From an uncultured bacterium (GTDB lineage Bacteria > Patescibacteriota > Minisyncoccia > Phycocordibacterales > Phycocordibacteraceae): a stretch of 64,000 nucleotides of DNA. The translations under genes were made by a program, and so were the position numbers. The stretch lies in the NCBI GenBank assembly GCA_947085505.1, contig CAMTWI010000004.1, positions 1,800 to 65,799 of the forward strand, written 5' to 3'. Below are positions 1-7,706 of the stretch, piece after piece; within the stretch, counting starts at the first letter, position 1, and each line of letters opens with the position of its first letter. The notes under the pieces are model-generated. The model did not search any database and had not been told where the DNA came from. It saw only the letters and a program-made list of their open reading frames with translations.

Positions 1-17
1 AGGGGCTTTCGTTCCCG

Positions 18-1157
18 ATGATGTCTTCGTGGGCACAGCCGAGTCAGACTCCTGGTTCAGGCACCTACGCTCTTGATGCAGGAAACAACTATCAAGCCAT
101 GACTGCTGAGATGGCAGAAGGATCGTCCTACAGCACGAATGAGGATGTGAGCGGGGAGAATGTGGACGCCACCTGTACTGAGGGTGGTGCGCCGTACGCT
201 CTTATAGGCTACACGACCGGCAACACGTACGAAGAAGCAGCGGCTGGAACACCGAGCCCTACGGCACCAGCGTTCACCAACTTAACGCAGGATAAGTTCG
301 TAATTGTATGGAATGACGACTGTTCGATTCCTAACGAGCCAGAAATGGTACACGTAACCATCCTCAAGTACGTTGATGGTGAGCCTGCAACAGCATCGTC
401 CACACAGAGCACGGGCTTCGACATGGTTTCGTCCTCAACGAATCCAGAGGGAGCACCAGCGGGTGGTGGCTCATACGAGCTCAATCCTGGAAACGATTAC
501 ATGGCTATGACTAATCCTATGGAAGAGGGTTCGTCATACACAACCTACGAGGTTGTTGATGACGAGACCGTAGCGATGAGTTGTACTGAAGATGGTGCGC
601 CGTACGCGTTCCAGGGCTACACATCGGGTTCTTCAATTGAAGAGGCTGAGAATGGAACAATGGCGACAACATCGTCCATTACACTTCAGAACATACAGGA
701 AGATACGTTCATCATTGTATGGAATGAGACTTGTGATGGAGAGGCAGTCCCTGGAGAAGGTGAGCTCACGGTTGATTCAGTGAACGCACTCGACACTGAC
801 GGACAAGCAACGGGCAACTATGCGGATGGGTGGTCATACCGCTTTAACCTAACGGTACCAACCGATGAGCAGAATGTAGCGTTCCGTTTCGCTAATTGGA
901 TGAGCGGTAACGACATGCTTCCGGTAGCAAACAACATGCGCATCTCGTCTGAACAGGCGGATAACAATGGCGCAACGGTAAGCATAACGGCTGCTAACGT
1001 ATATTCTGCAGACCTCCGCATGGTTGAGGATCTTAACCCCCTCCTTCCAGGTCTTCAGGTAGCAGTATTGGTCGAAGTGCGCATCCCGTCCGGCACGAAT
1101 AACGGTTCGTACATCACGAGCTATGGTATCCGTAGCACTCCGGTCGTGGCACAGTAA
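18..1157 (+). CDS. Surface/secreted repeat protein, probably 5'-truncated by the window edge
   Basis: 379-codon ORF; the frame stays open back to nt 3 and the annotated Met has no signal peptide. Two tandem ~125-aa repeats (YALDAGNNYQAMT..FVIVWNDDCS and YELNPGNDYMAMT..FIIVWNETCD). Lies directly upstream of a sortase substrate and the sortase. Confidence 0.6.
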   Translation: MMSSWAQPSQTPGSGTYALDAGNNYQAMTAEMAEGSSYSTNEDVSGENVDATCTEGGAPYALIGYTTGNTYEEAAAGTPSPTAPAFTNLTQDKFVIVWNDDCSIPNEPEMVHVTILKYVDGEPATASSTQSTGFDMVSSSTNPEGAPAGGGSYELNPGNDYMAMTNPMEEGSSYTTYEVVDDETVAMSCTEDGAPYAFQGYTSGSSIEEAENGTMATTSSITLQNIQEDTFIIVWNETCDGEAVPGEGELTVDSVNALDTDGQATGNYADGWSYRFNLTVPTDEQNVAFRFANWMSGNDMLPVANNMRISSEQADNNGATVSITAANVYSADLRMVEDLNPLLPGLQVAVLVEVRIPSGTNNGSYITSYGIRSTPVVAQ

Positions 1158-1169
1158 CCGACTGACACT

Positions 1170-1682
1170 ATGGAAAAACTCTTAAAAATGGTTCCCCTTG
1201 GAGCGCTCTCCTTCCTCTTTGTTGGGAGCACTGCGGCGGCACAGTCTGAAATAACTGGAACCCTTACAGGGTCTGGAGAAACGACTGACACTACTGATAG
1301 TGGAGACGGCACACTTGGGGGCACTGTGACTGACGACTCTGATGGGACGCTTGGGGGCACGGTTTCTGGAGGGGGCTCAAGCGGCACCCTTGGAGGAACG
1401 GTCTCCGACGGCAGCACCCTCGGCGGTACTGTTTCTGGAGGAAGCTCTGGAGGCGGAGGAGGCAGTAGTGGTGGCGGCGGGGGAGGCTCTTCTAACAACA
1501 ATCAAGGAGAGGTTCTCGGCGCTAGCGACGACAACACGGGCGGTAGTGTGCTCGGCGACTCTACCGGATTCCCGAATACGGGACTTGGTGGAGAGGGTTT
1601 GACGCTCATGTTCGCACTTATTGCAGCAGCAATGATTGCCAGTATCGGCATCTATCTCGCATCGCGTCGCGCAGTACGCTAA
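1170..1682 (+). CDS. Gly/Ser/Thr-rich cell-surface protein with C-terminal sortase sorting signal
   Basis: Signal peptide (LSFLFVGSTAAAQS). Low-complexity TLGGTVS/GGGSS repeats. C-terminus is FPNTG, then a hydrophobic stretch (LTLMFALIAAAMIASIGIYLA), then the basic tail SRRAVR, i.e. an LPXTG-type tripartite signal. Confidence 0.8.
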   Translation: MEKLLKMVPLGALSFLFVGSTAAAQSEITGTLTGSGETTDTTDSGDGTLGGTVTDDSDGTLGGTVSGGGSSGTLGGTVSDGSTLGGTVSGGSSGGGGGSSGGGGGGSSNNNQGEVLGASDDNTGGSVLGDSTGFPNTGLGGEGLTLMFALIAAAMIASIGIYLASRRAVR

Positions 1683-1743
1683 GCGTCTTTGGACGTTCGC
1701 AAGGCAGCGGGATTCGTTCCGCTGTTCTTGCGATACCTACACC

Positions 1744-2307
1744 ATGACTCGATACTCCCTACTCATTCTCATTGGCCTGGCCACTCTAATCGCACTTGCT
1801 GCGGGAATGTACTATCTCAACGCGCCCATCAGTACTGAACCAAGTCAGAAAGTTGTTCTTACGCCAGACACCCCGGCTCGTCTCATGATTCCAGTACTTG
1901 ATGTTGATGCATCGGTTGAATCTGTCGGACGCACGCGAGCGGGAAATATGGGAAGCCCCACATCATCAACGGGTATTGCGTGGTTTAAAGAGGGCGCGAG
2001 ACCTGGCGAGCGCGGGAGTGCCGTTGTTGCAGGACACTTGGATAATGCACTCGGTCGTTCAGGAGTCTTCAAGAACCTCGAGAAGCTTCAAGCTGGTGAC
2101 GAGGTGCTCGTTGAAACCGTCTCTGGTGAGACTTTGCGCTTTAGAGTAGTTGAGATGGTGATCTATCCGCACAACGCAGCTCCTGACGATCTCTTCACTC
2201 GTGCTGACGGCAGTTTACTTAATCTCATCACCTGCACAGGTGAATGGCTCCAGGAAGAGAAGACGTATGACGGTCGGCTGGTTGTGTACACGGAGTTAGT
2301 ACCGTAA
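1744..2307 (+). CDS. Sortase (transpeptidase)
   Basis: ORF 1636..2307 with the start moved to ATG 1744, which gives an N-terminal TM anchor (LLILIGLATLIALAAGMYY). Conserved His (VVAGHLD), catalytic Cys in LNLITCTG (TLxTC type) and a downstream Arg (YDGRLVVY). Confidence 0.8.
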   Translation: MTRYSLLILIGLATLIALAAGMYYLNAPISTEPSQKVVLTPDTPARLMIPVLDVDASVESVGRTRAGNMGSPTSSTGIAWFKEGARPGERGSAVVAGHLDNALGRSGVFKNLEKLQAGDEVLVETVSGETLRFRVVEMVIYPHNAAPDDLFTRADGSLLNLITCTGEWLQEEKTYDGRLVVYTELVP

Positions 2308-2339
2308 GTGGGTACGGCTGGAATGTTTTTGCAGTTGGT

Positions 2340-2409
2340 GACCCCACGTTAGTGAGAATTGGAATCAGTTAGTATCTGAACTCAATACTTGGCTGGTGTA
2401 TGGACGGTC
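2340..2409 (-). repeat. Pseudo-tRNA-Glu-3'-end direct repeat, distal copy
   Basis: Plus strand reads GACCCCACGTTAGTGAGAATTGGAATCAG... The first ~29 nt are near-identical to 3083-3110. Read on the minus strand it is ATTCCAATTCTCACTAACGTGGGGTCAC, resembling the tRNA-Glu 3' end TTCGATTCCCCGTGGGATCAC. Confidence 0.6.
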
Positions 2410-2423
2410 TCTAGATAAAGAAG

Positions 2424-2456
2424 TAGCCCCGCAACCAAGTTAATGGCGGCGGGGCT
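2424..2456 (-). terminator. Intrinsic terminator of the 162-aa high-GC gene
   Basis: Minus strand: AGCCCCGC..loop..GCGGGGCT followed by ACTTCTTTATC, just after the stop at 2480. Confidence 0.55.
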
Positions 2457-2479
2457 CCCGTGACTAAATCGGGTTGAGT

Positions 2480-2968
2480 CTAGTTGGCTACAGCCGAGGC
2501 TTCGCGATCCAGCTCATGCTGAAAGCGATTCCAGTTGCGGTCGATGGTGATTTCGCCCGTACGAACGCGGTCATAAATCTCCTTGACCGTGCGAATACTG
2601 CCGCCGCTGATTGAGATGTTCTGGTGACGGACCGCAATCGCGGGGCCATCGCCGAAGCCGCCCTGGGTGTCGTTGTAGGTCTCGACACGCAGTGTGGCCC
2701 CTTTGTGCCTGTAGAGGCCATCCTTGCGGAAGCCCTCATGGATTTTCCCTTCGTAGGTCACGCGCTTGATGTGCTCGCGAGCCACGGTCGGAAGCACTGC
2801 CGAGGGATCCATGATGTCGGCGTAGATGGGAACGAAGTTTTCGCCACTCACCCGGTCGGTATCGACATCAGGTCCGTCGGTGCCGAGTTGGCTGCGCGAC
2901 TTTCCTTCGGTGGTGACGAGGGCGCTCGAGGTGGTGGTTTTCAACCAAATCCTTGCACTCATTTTCAA
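2480..2968 (-). CDS. Hypothetical protein (high-GC ORFan cassette)
   Basis: 162-aa ORF, visibly more GC-rich than its flanks. Has its own promoter, an SD (GGAAGGA) and a terminator. No motif recognised. Confidence 0.55.
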   Translation of the reverse strand: MKMSARIWLKTTTSSALVTTEGKSRSQLGTDGPDVDTDRVSGENFVPIYADIMDPSAVLPTVAREHIKRVTYEGKIHEGFRKDGLYRHKGATLRVETYNDTQGGFGDGPAIAVRHQNISISGGSIRTVKEIYDRVRTGEITIDRNWNRFQHELDREASAVAN

Positions 2969-3047
2969 AGTCCTTCCATGTTTCCGCCCTTTGGTTTTCT
3001 CCCGTAATCGCTTTTAACGAATATCGGCCCATCAGTACGGTATTTAA

Positions 3048-3076
3048 ACCGTACCATATAGTATATAAATAGTCAA
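3048..3076 (-). promoter_or_regulatory. Sigma70-like promoter of the 162-aa gene
   Basis: Minus strand: TTGACT-N17-TACGGT, about 80 nt upstream of the ATG at 2968. Confidence 0.5.
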
Positions 3077-3082
3077 GAGTGT

Positions 3083-3151
3083 GACCCACGTTAGCGAGAA
3101 TTGGAATGAGCCCGTGCAGGAGCTTAATACCTGGCTAACGTTTGAGGGGTC
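3083..3151 (-). repeat. Pseudo-tRNA-Glu-3'-end direct repeat, proximal copy
   Basis: Plus strand: GACCCACGTTAGCGAGAATTGGAATGAG...GCTAACGT..GGGGTC. Minus strand: ATTCCAATTCTCGCTAACGTGGGTCACA, compared with the tRNA-Glu 3' end plus flank TTCGATTCCCCGTGGGATCACA. Confidence 0.6.
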
Positions 3152-3164
3152 CCCTTGGAGAAGA

Positions 3165-3530
3165 CTAACCTTTAGCCATTTCTGCTTCTATCTTGGAAAC
3201 CAGATCAGATGAGTCTGTGTACTCAATGAGCTTTCCTTTGATGAATTTGAGTGCAGAAGAAGGGGTTGTGCCAGTCTTATATACGAAGAATGTCGGAATG
3301 CCCGCTGCTTGTACCAAGCCTATTTCTATACCCGCACCCGTGGAAGGGTATGAGACTTCAGCGATCATAAGGTCTGTATCCGGGATCTGAGAATTCGTCT
3401 CAATCTCTAGATTCTCCTCGTCATGAGGAAAGATAATGGTGTGTTCCGTTGCGAGCGCTGATTGCTTTAGAGGCTCGTACAGCTCGGTCTGGTAATCGTA
3501 ATTGCTGGAATGGGCAACAAGGATTTTCAT
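3165..3530 (-). CDS. Nucleoside 2-deoxyribosyltransferase-like (YtoQ-like) protein
   Basis: 121 aa. MKILVAHSS.. and DLMIAEVSYPSTGAGIEIGLVQAAGIPTFFVY fit the E..PS.G.G.E.G pattern of this fold (recalled, not searched). Confidence 0.5.
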   Translation of the reverse strand: MKILVAHSSNYDYQTELYEPLKQSALATEHTIIFPHDEENLEIETNSQIPDTDLMIAEVSYPSTGAGIEIGLVQAAGIPTFFVYKTGTTPSSALKFIKGKLIEYTDSSDLVSKIEAEMAKG

Positions 3531-3605
3531 AGCGATATTGTATCAGGTTCCAATGACTAATTGGGTACCGTCATGACGTGGCTTAAAATAAGCACAAAAA
3601 CATTG

Positions 3606-3677
3606 TGATCCCACGGGGAATCGAACCCCGATTTCCTGCGTGAAAGGCGGGCGTCCTAACCGTTAGACGATGGGACC
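3606..3677 (-). tRNA. tRNA-Glu (UUC)
   Basis: Minus strand: GGTCCCATCGTCTAACGGTTAGGACGCCCGCCTTTCACGCAGGAAATCGGGGTTCGATTCCCCGTGGGATCA. Cloverleaf folds by hand; anticodon loop is CTTTCAC. Confidence 0.9.
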
Positions 3678-3763
3678 TTTCTTGTAGCACTTTGCTACGG
3701 AAGGCACTGTACCACTTTTCTAGCGAGCTTCAAACGTTGTAATGCCTTATACTCCGTGAATAT

Positions 3764-4726
3764 ATGGGACTTATCATATCGCTTGCCTTACTTTTCATTG
3801 GGCTCCTCATCTTAATACTCGGGGCCGATTGGCTCGTGAAGGGGGCATCCTCTATAGCGCGAAGGTATGGAATCTCGCCCCTTGTTATAGGTCTTACGGT
3901 AGTGGCGTTCGGGACTTCAATGCCGGAACTTTCCGTGAATATCTACGCGGCACTTTCTGGTGCCACGGGACTTGCGGTAGGGAACGTCGTTGGTTCGAAT
4001 ATCGCAAACATCCTGCTCGTACTCGGTGCGTCGGCTATTATCTGCAGTTTGTCGGTAAAGTCGAGTACGGTGAGGTGGGAGATACCACTCGCGCTCCTTG
4101 CGAGCGTGCTTGTGCTTGTGGTGGGTAGTGACCGGCTTCTCGACGGTGCGGTTATCGACGTTATTACACGGACTGATGGCATCGTGTTGCTCGGATTGTT
4201 TGCGATATTTATGTTTTATATCATCGCGCTCGTTAAAAGCGACTCGAGTGCAATTGAGATTGATGATAGTGAAGCGCTCCCGAGAAGGCGCGCGGTGCTC
4301 TACACCGTTGTCGGACTTGTCGGACTTGTTGCGGGCGGGCGACTACTCGTAGATCAAGCGGTATCGTTCGCGACACTGGCCGGACTCTCCGAAGCTGTTG
4401 TCGGACTTACGGTAGTTGCGATTGGTACCTCGCTTCCTGAACTCGCAACCTCTGTAGTCGCCGCGTGGCGTAAACAAGTAGATATTGCCGTTGGCAACGT
4501 TATTGGCTCAAACATTTTCAACGTCTTCCTTGTACTTGGCGTAAGCTCGGTCATCGCGCCTTTGCCGGTACGTGATGGGTTCGTGGTCGATGCGCTCGTG
4601 ATGATTGCTGCGACACTCTTTTTATTTGTTGCGCTTTTCCTTGGCAAGCGCGGGCACATCGATCGATGGCAAGGAATACTATTTGTGCTTCTGTATTTTG
4701 CATACGTGACGTATTTGCTCCTCTAA
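3764..4726 (+). CDS. Ca2+/cation antiporter (CaCA, YrbG-like)
   Basis: 320 aa, about 10 TM segments. Two alpha-repeat motifs, GTSMPELSV and GTSLPELAT, each followed by GN(V)(V/I)GSNI. Confidence 0.85.
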   Translation: MGLIISLALLFIGLLILILGADWLVKGASSIARRYGISPLVIGLTVVAFGTSMPELSVNIYAALSGATGLAVGNVVGSNIANILLVLGASAIICSLSVKSSTVRWEIPLALLASVLVLVVGSDRLLDGAVIDVITRTDGIVLLGLFAIFMFYIIALVKSDSSAIEIDDSEALPRRRAVLYTVVGLVGLVAGGRLLVDQAVSFATLAGLSEAVVGLTVVAIGTSLPELATSVVAAWRKQVDIAVGNVIGSNIFNVFLVLGVSSVIAPLPVRDGFVVDALVMIAATLFLFVALFLGKRGHIDRWQGILFVLLYFAYVTYLLL

Positions 4727-4781
4727 GCCGACCCTTATCATTTACTGCTTCTCTTGATAGGATGCAGGGGTTCCAACACAG

Positions 4782-4869
4782 GGAGAGGTGCGTGAGTGGT
4801 TGAAACGACCGGTTTCGAAAACCGGCATACCGAAAGGTATCGGGAGTTCGAATCTCCCCCTCTCCGCCA
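4782..4869 (+). tRNA. tRNA-Ser (CGA), CCA encoded
   Basis: GGAGAGG...CCGGT TTCGAAA ACCGG, long variable arm, GGAGTTCGAATCTCC CCTCTCC G CCA. Confidence 0.9.
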
Positions 4870-4910
4870 AAGAAAAAGGGCGCTCGCTTTCGCGGGCGCC
4901 CTTAGAAGGT

Positions 4911-6080
4911 CTAGTACAACGTTGGCTTGTTGCGATCCTTCAAGAATGCAGCAATGGTTTCCGGGGCTGAGAGCCCCGGGTACGCCACTGATCCATTCAC
5001 GAACATTCGCATCGGCACGCCTGCTCGCTCGAGCATCTCAAAGCCCGCACGACCAGTTGGGTTCAGGTTGTCCGTTATGAATCGAAGGCTCTCCCCAACA
5101 TGCCGTAGTCCGAAACGAGAATCATTACGATCGAGATACGGCGCAAGTGGGGAATCACCCACAAGCAGGAAGGTAGCGCGTAGTGCACGCCCGGCGTAGC
5201 ACCCAGCCCGAAGGTCAGGAACTTGGTCACCAGCGATGAGGAGATCCTCGATCATCTCTCCACGGGAGAGAATTGCGAGTGTCTCGTCCACCATTTCTTC
5301 CTTCGATGCATACCGCGGCATGAGATAGAACTGAAACTTTTCGATAGTTTCATCGCTCTCGTCCACAATCCGCAAGTTTTGGTGAATGTTTCCAAACTCC
5401 TCAACGAGCGAATTATTGTTCTCAACCGTAATACCGGAGAGGTTTGCAATCTGTTGCAAACCAAGTAGGGCTGTTTGGATATCGTTCTTAACGCGATCTT
5501 TGATTGCCCGATTCTGGAACTGGAACTGAATGCGATACTCAAGAGGCATCACGTCCGTTCTCGCTGCCCGGTAGTTCTCTTCGAACTCGATGGGCGCGAG
5601 ATAGTCCCGGTAGTCTTCCAGGAGTGGATTACGAATGAGTCGTATGAAGTTGAGCGCATGCGCGCGCCAATTAATGCCAAGCCGTCGCTTGTATGAGCGA
5701 CGTTCTCGGTACCACTCCTCAGGCTGTAGGAAATAACAGCCGGTTCCCATACTCATGATCGCTTTCGGATCCGTGAACGGCACACGACATGCAATCGTTT
5801 CCGGCTTCAGGTAGTATCGTCTTCCCGGCGTTCCCCCAAGGAGTGGGCGAGGCCGGCTGAAGCCGTTATGAACTGATGTTGTGTGGTATTCGTTCGACAT
5901 TAGCATTTCCGCGGTTTGCGCTGAGGCAACCGTGAATGTGCCGTTTGCGTCGACGTAATCACGCACGAATTGGGCGGCGGCAAGCGCTTCAGGCGCTGCC
6001 GTGCCATCCTTCATGGCCTCGGTCATTAAGGTGCCGTCGACATCAAAGACGCCAACATACCCCAAGCTCGGCGTCTCCAT
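4911..6080 (-). CDS. HAD-superfamily hydrolase-like protein with large cap insertion
   Basis: 389 aa. N-terminal FDVDGTL (HAD motif I) and C-terminal LLIAGDQVPD (motif IV-like). Substrate unknown. Confidence 0.5.
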   Translation of the reverse strand: METPSLGYVGVFDVDGTLMTEAMKDGTAAPEALAAAQFVRDYVDANGTFTVASAQTAEMLMSNEYHTTSVHNGFSRPRPLLGGTPGRRYYLKPETIACRVPFTDPKAIMSMGTGCYFLQPEEWYRERRSYKRRLGINWRAHALNFIRLIRNPLLEDYRDYLAPIEFEENYRAARTDVMPLEYRIQFQFQNRAIKDRVKNDIQTALLGLQQIANLSGITVENNNSLVEEFGNIHQNLRIVDESDETIEKFQFYLMPRYASKEEMVDETLAILSRGEMIEDLLIAGDQVPDLRAGCYAGRALRATFLLVGDSPLAPYLDRNDSRFGLRHVGESLRFITDNLNPTGRAGFEMLERAGVPMRMFVNGSVAYPGLSAPETIAAFLKDRNKPTLY

Positions 6081-6181
6081 TGATATTTCCCCCTATGTAA
6101 ATGAACAGAGCTCATCCGACTGTATATGAACTGTTCTGAAGACTTCATGAAGTCTCACAGAGAGCCTAGATACGATATACT

Positions 6182-7396
6182 GTGCCAATCATGCCAATGT
6201 CTCTCCCAAAGCCGAAAGAGTGTGCTGAGTGTGGAGACGGAGCAATCTTTCACAAGGTTACGTATATAAGTATCGTCGTGGACGAGATAATGGCGCCCTT
6301 CTCCCAACCAAATCCCTTTCTTCGGGGATTTGTACGACTGGTGTATGGCATTGAACGCAAAGTTACACCAAAGATACTGAAGGGTCTTATGCGGCTTAGG
6401 TGGGCAAGGAACGTATCGGAACCGGATAACGATACGCAGTTGCTTGCGCTTATGCTCTGGAACGAAGCAAAGGAACGAGGTATTGAAGTCGCTGAATTTC
6501 GCCTGTTTGGATTGCCGCGCAACATATTCGTTGCTACGTATCCAGACGGGCTTGAGATAGCGTACGAAGGCATCCCCATGCCTGGGAACTCTGATCTTGA
6601 GCGTGTGCCATGGATGGACAACAAGGCGGTTCTCAAACAGAAGTTCCGGAAGCTCGGACTCCCGGTTGCAAAGGGAGGTGCCGTATCAAACCTCAAAGAC
6701 GCGAAGAAGCTCTTCGCGACACTCACACCACCTGTTATTGCAAAACCGTTCTCTGGATCTGCATCCCGCCATACGGTGCTTCACATAACGAACGAGAAGG
6801 AACTCGAACGAGGATTCAACGTTGCGAAGGAAATCGCACCGAAGGTTGTTATAGAAGAAGAGTTAGTTGGCGCCGTATATCGCGCAACGGTTGTGGATGG
6901 GAAGTTTGCTGCGGCACTCCGCAGGGATCAGCCGCATGTTGTGGGCAATGGCGTCAGCACTATAGCCGAGCTCGTTGCAGATGCGAATAAGCACCCGGGA
7001 CGCCAAGGACCCTATTTCCATCACATGAAGCTCGACAATTTTGCAAAGGAAGAACTCGCGTGGCAGGGACTTACATTTGAGAGCATCCTTCCAGAAGGCG
7101 CGCGTGCAACGCTGCATCAGAAGATTAATTGGAGTGTCGGAGGAACAACCTGTGATGTTACGGACGAGACGCACCCGGACAACATCGCGCTCTTTGAGGA
7201 GGTAGCGAGAGTGCTCAACACCAAGATGGTGGGTCTCGACTTCATAATCGGCGACATGAACAAGTCCTGGAAGGAGCAAGAGCGATGCGGCATCCTTGAG
7301 TGCAACAGTATGCCGTTCTTCGATAACCATCATCTGCCGTTTGAAGGGAAGCCAAGGAACGTTGCGAGTCTCATTTGGGACATGAATAGGGGGTAG
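6182..7396 (+). CDS. ATP-grasp ligase related to the cyanophycin-synthetase ATP-grasp domain
   Basis: 404 aa; GTG at 6182, first ATG at 6191. The C-terminal GILECNSMPFFDNHHLPFEGKPRNVASLIWDM resembles the CphA EVNAAPG..H..PSEG.PRNV motif (recalled). Confidence 0.65.
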   Translation: MPIMPMSLPKPKECAECGDGAIFHKVTYISIVVDEIMAPFSQPNPFLRGFVRLVYGIERKVTPKILKGLMRLRWARNVSEPDNDTQLLALMLWNEAKERGIEVAEFRLFGLPRNIFVATYPDGLEIAYEGIPMPGNSDLERVPWMDNKAVLKQKFRKLGLPVAKGGAVSNLKDAKKLFATLTPPVIAKPFSGSASRHTVLHITNEKELERGFNVAKEIAPKVVIEEELVGAVYRATVVDGKFAAALRRDQPHVVGNGVSTIAELVADANKHPGRQGPYFHHMKLDNFAKEELAWQGLTFESILPEGARATLHQKINWSVGGTTCDVTDETHPDNIALFEEVARVLNTKMVGLDFIIGDMNKSWKEQERCGILECNSMPFFDNHHLPFEGKPRNVASLIWDMNRG

Positions 7397-7451
7397 GAAT
7401 TCATTTCCTTTTAACCCCTGCCTCTGTTAAACTTCATATATAGGTCGAATT

Positions 7452-7482
7452 GCCAGCCAATATCTTGGATGGCTTTGTTTTT
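7452..7482 (+). terminator. Intrinsic terminator after the ATP-grasp gene
   Basis: GCCAGCCAA-TATC-TTGGATGGC followed by TTTGTTTTT. Confidence 0.6.
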
Positions 7483-7523
7483 GGGCCTTTTAGGTCCTTA
7501 CAGGGTCGTTCACACAAAACAAC

Positions 7524-7652
7524 ATGACTGATGACACACAGATGGACCCTATGGTCGGTGGCGAGGAGGAGGTAGCTCCTGTCGCACCAGCTGAGGGCAT
7601 GGAGGAGGCACCTGCAGAGGCTGCTCCGGCTGGCGAGGAGGAGGCTGCATAA
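7524..7652 (+). CDS. Possible 42-aa acidic small protein
   Basis: Below the ORF-track cutoff. Sequence MTDDTQMDPMVGGEEEVAPVAPAEGMEEAPAEAAPAGEEEAA; GC-rich; contains the internal DNA repeat GGCGAGGAGGAGG twice; followed by a strong T6 terminator. No clear SD or promoter. Confidence 0.25.
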   Translation: MTDDTQMDPMVGGEEEVAPVAPAEGMEEAPAEAAPAGEEEAA

Positions 7653-7665
7653 GCCCCCTTTAGCT

Positions 7666-7706
7666 AAAGAAAGAACCGCATCTAAGGATGCGGTTCTTTC
7701 TTTTTT
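7666..7706. terminator. Bidirectional intrinsic terminator (small acidic ORF / trxB)
   Basis: GAAAGAACCGCATC-TAAG-GATGCGGTTCTTTC followed by TTTTTT on plus, with an A-tract on the other side. Abuts the trxB stop. Confidence 0.75.
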
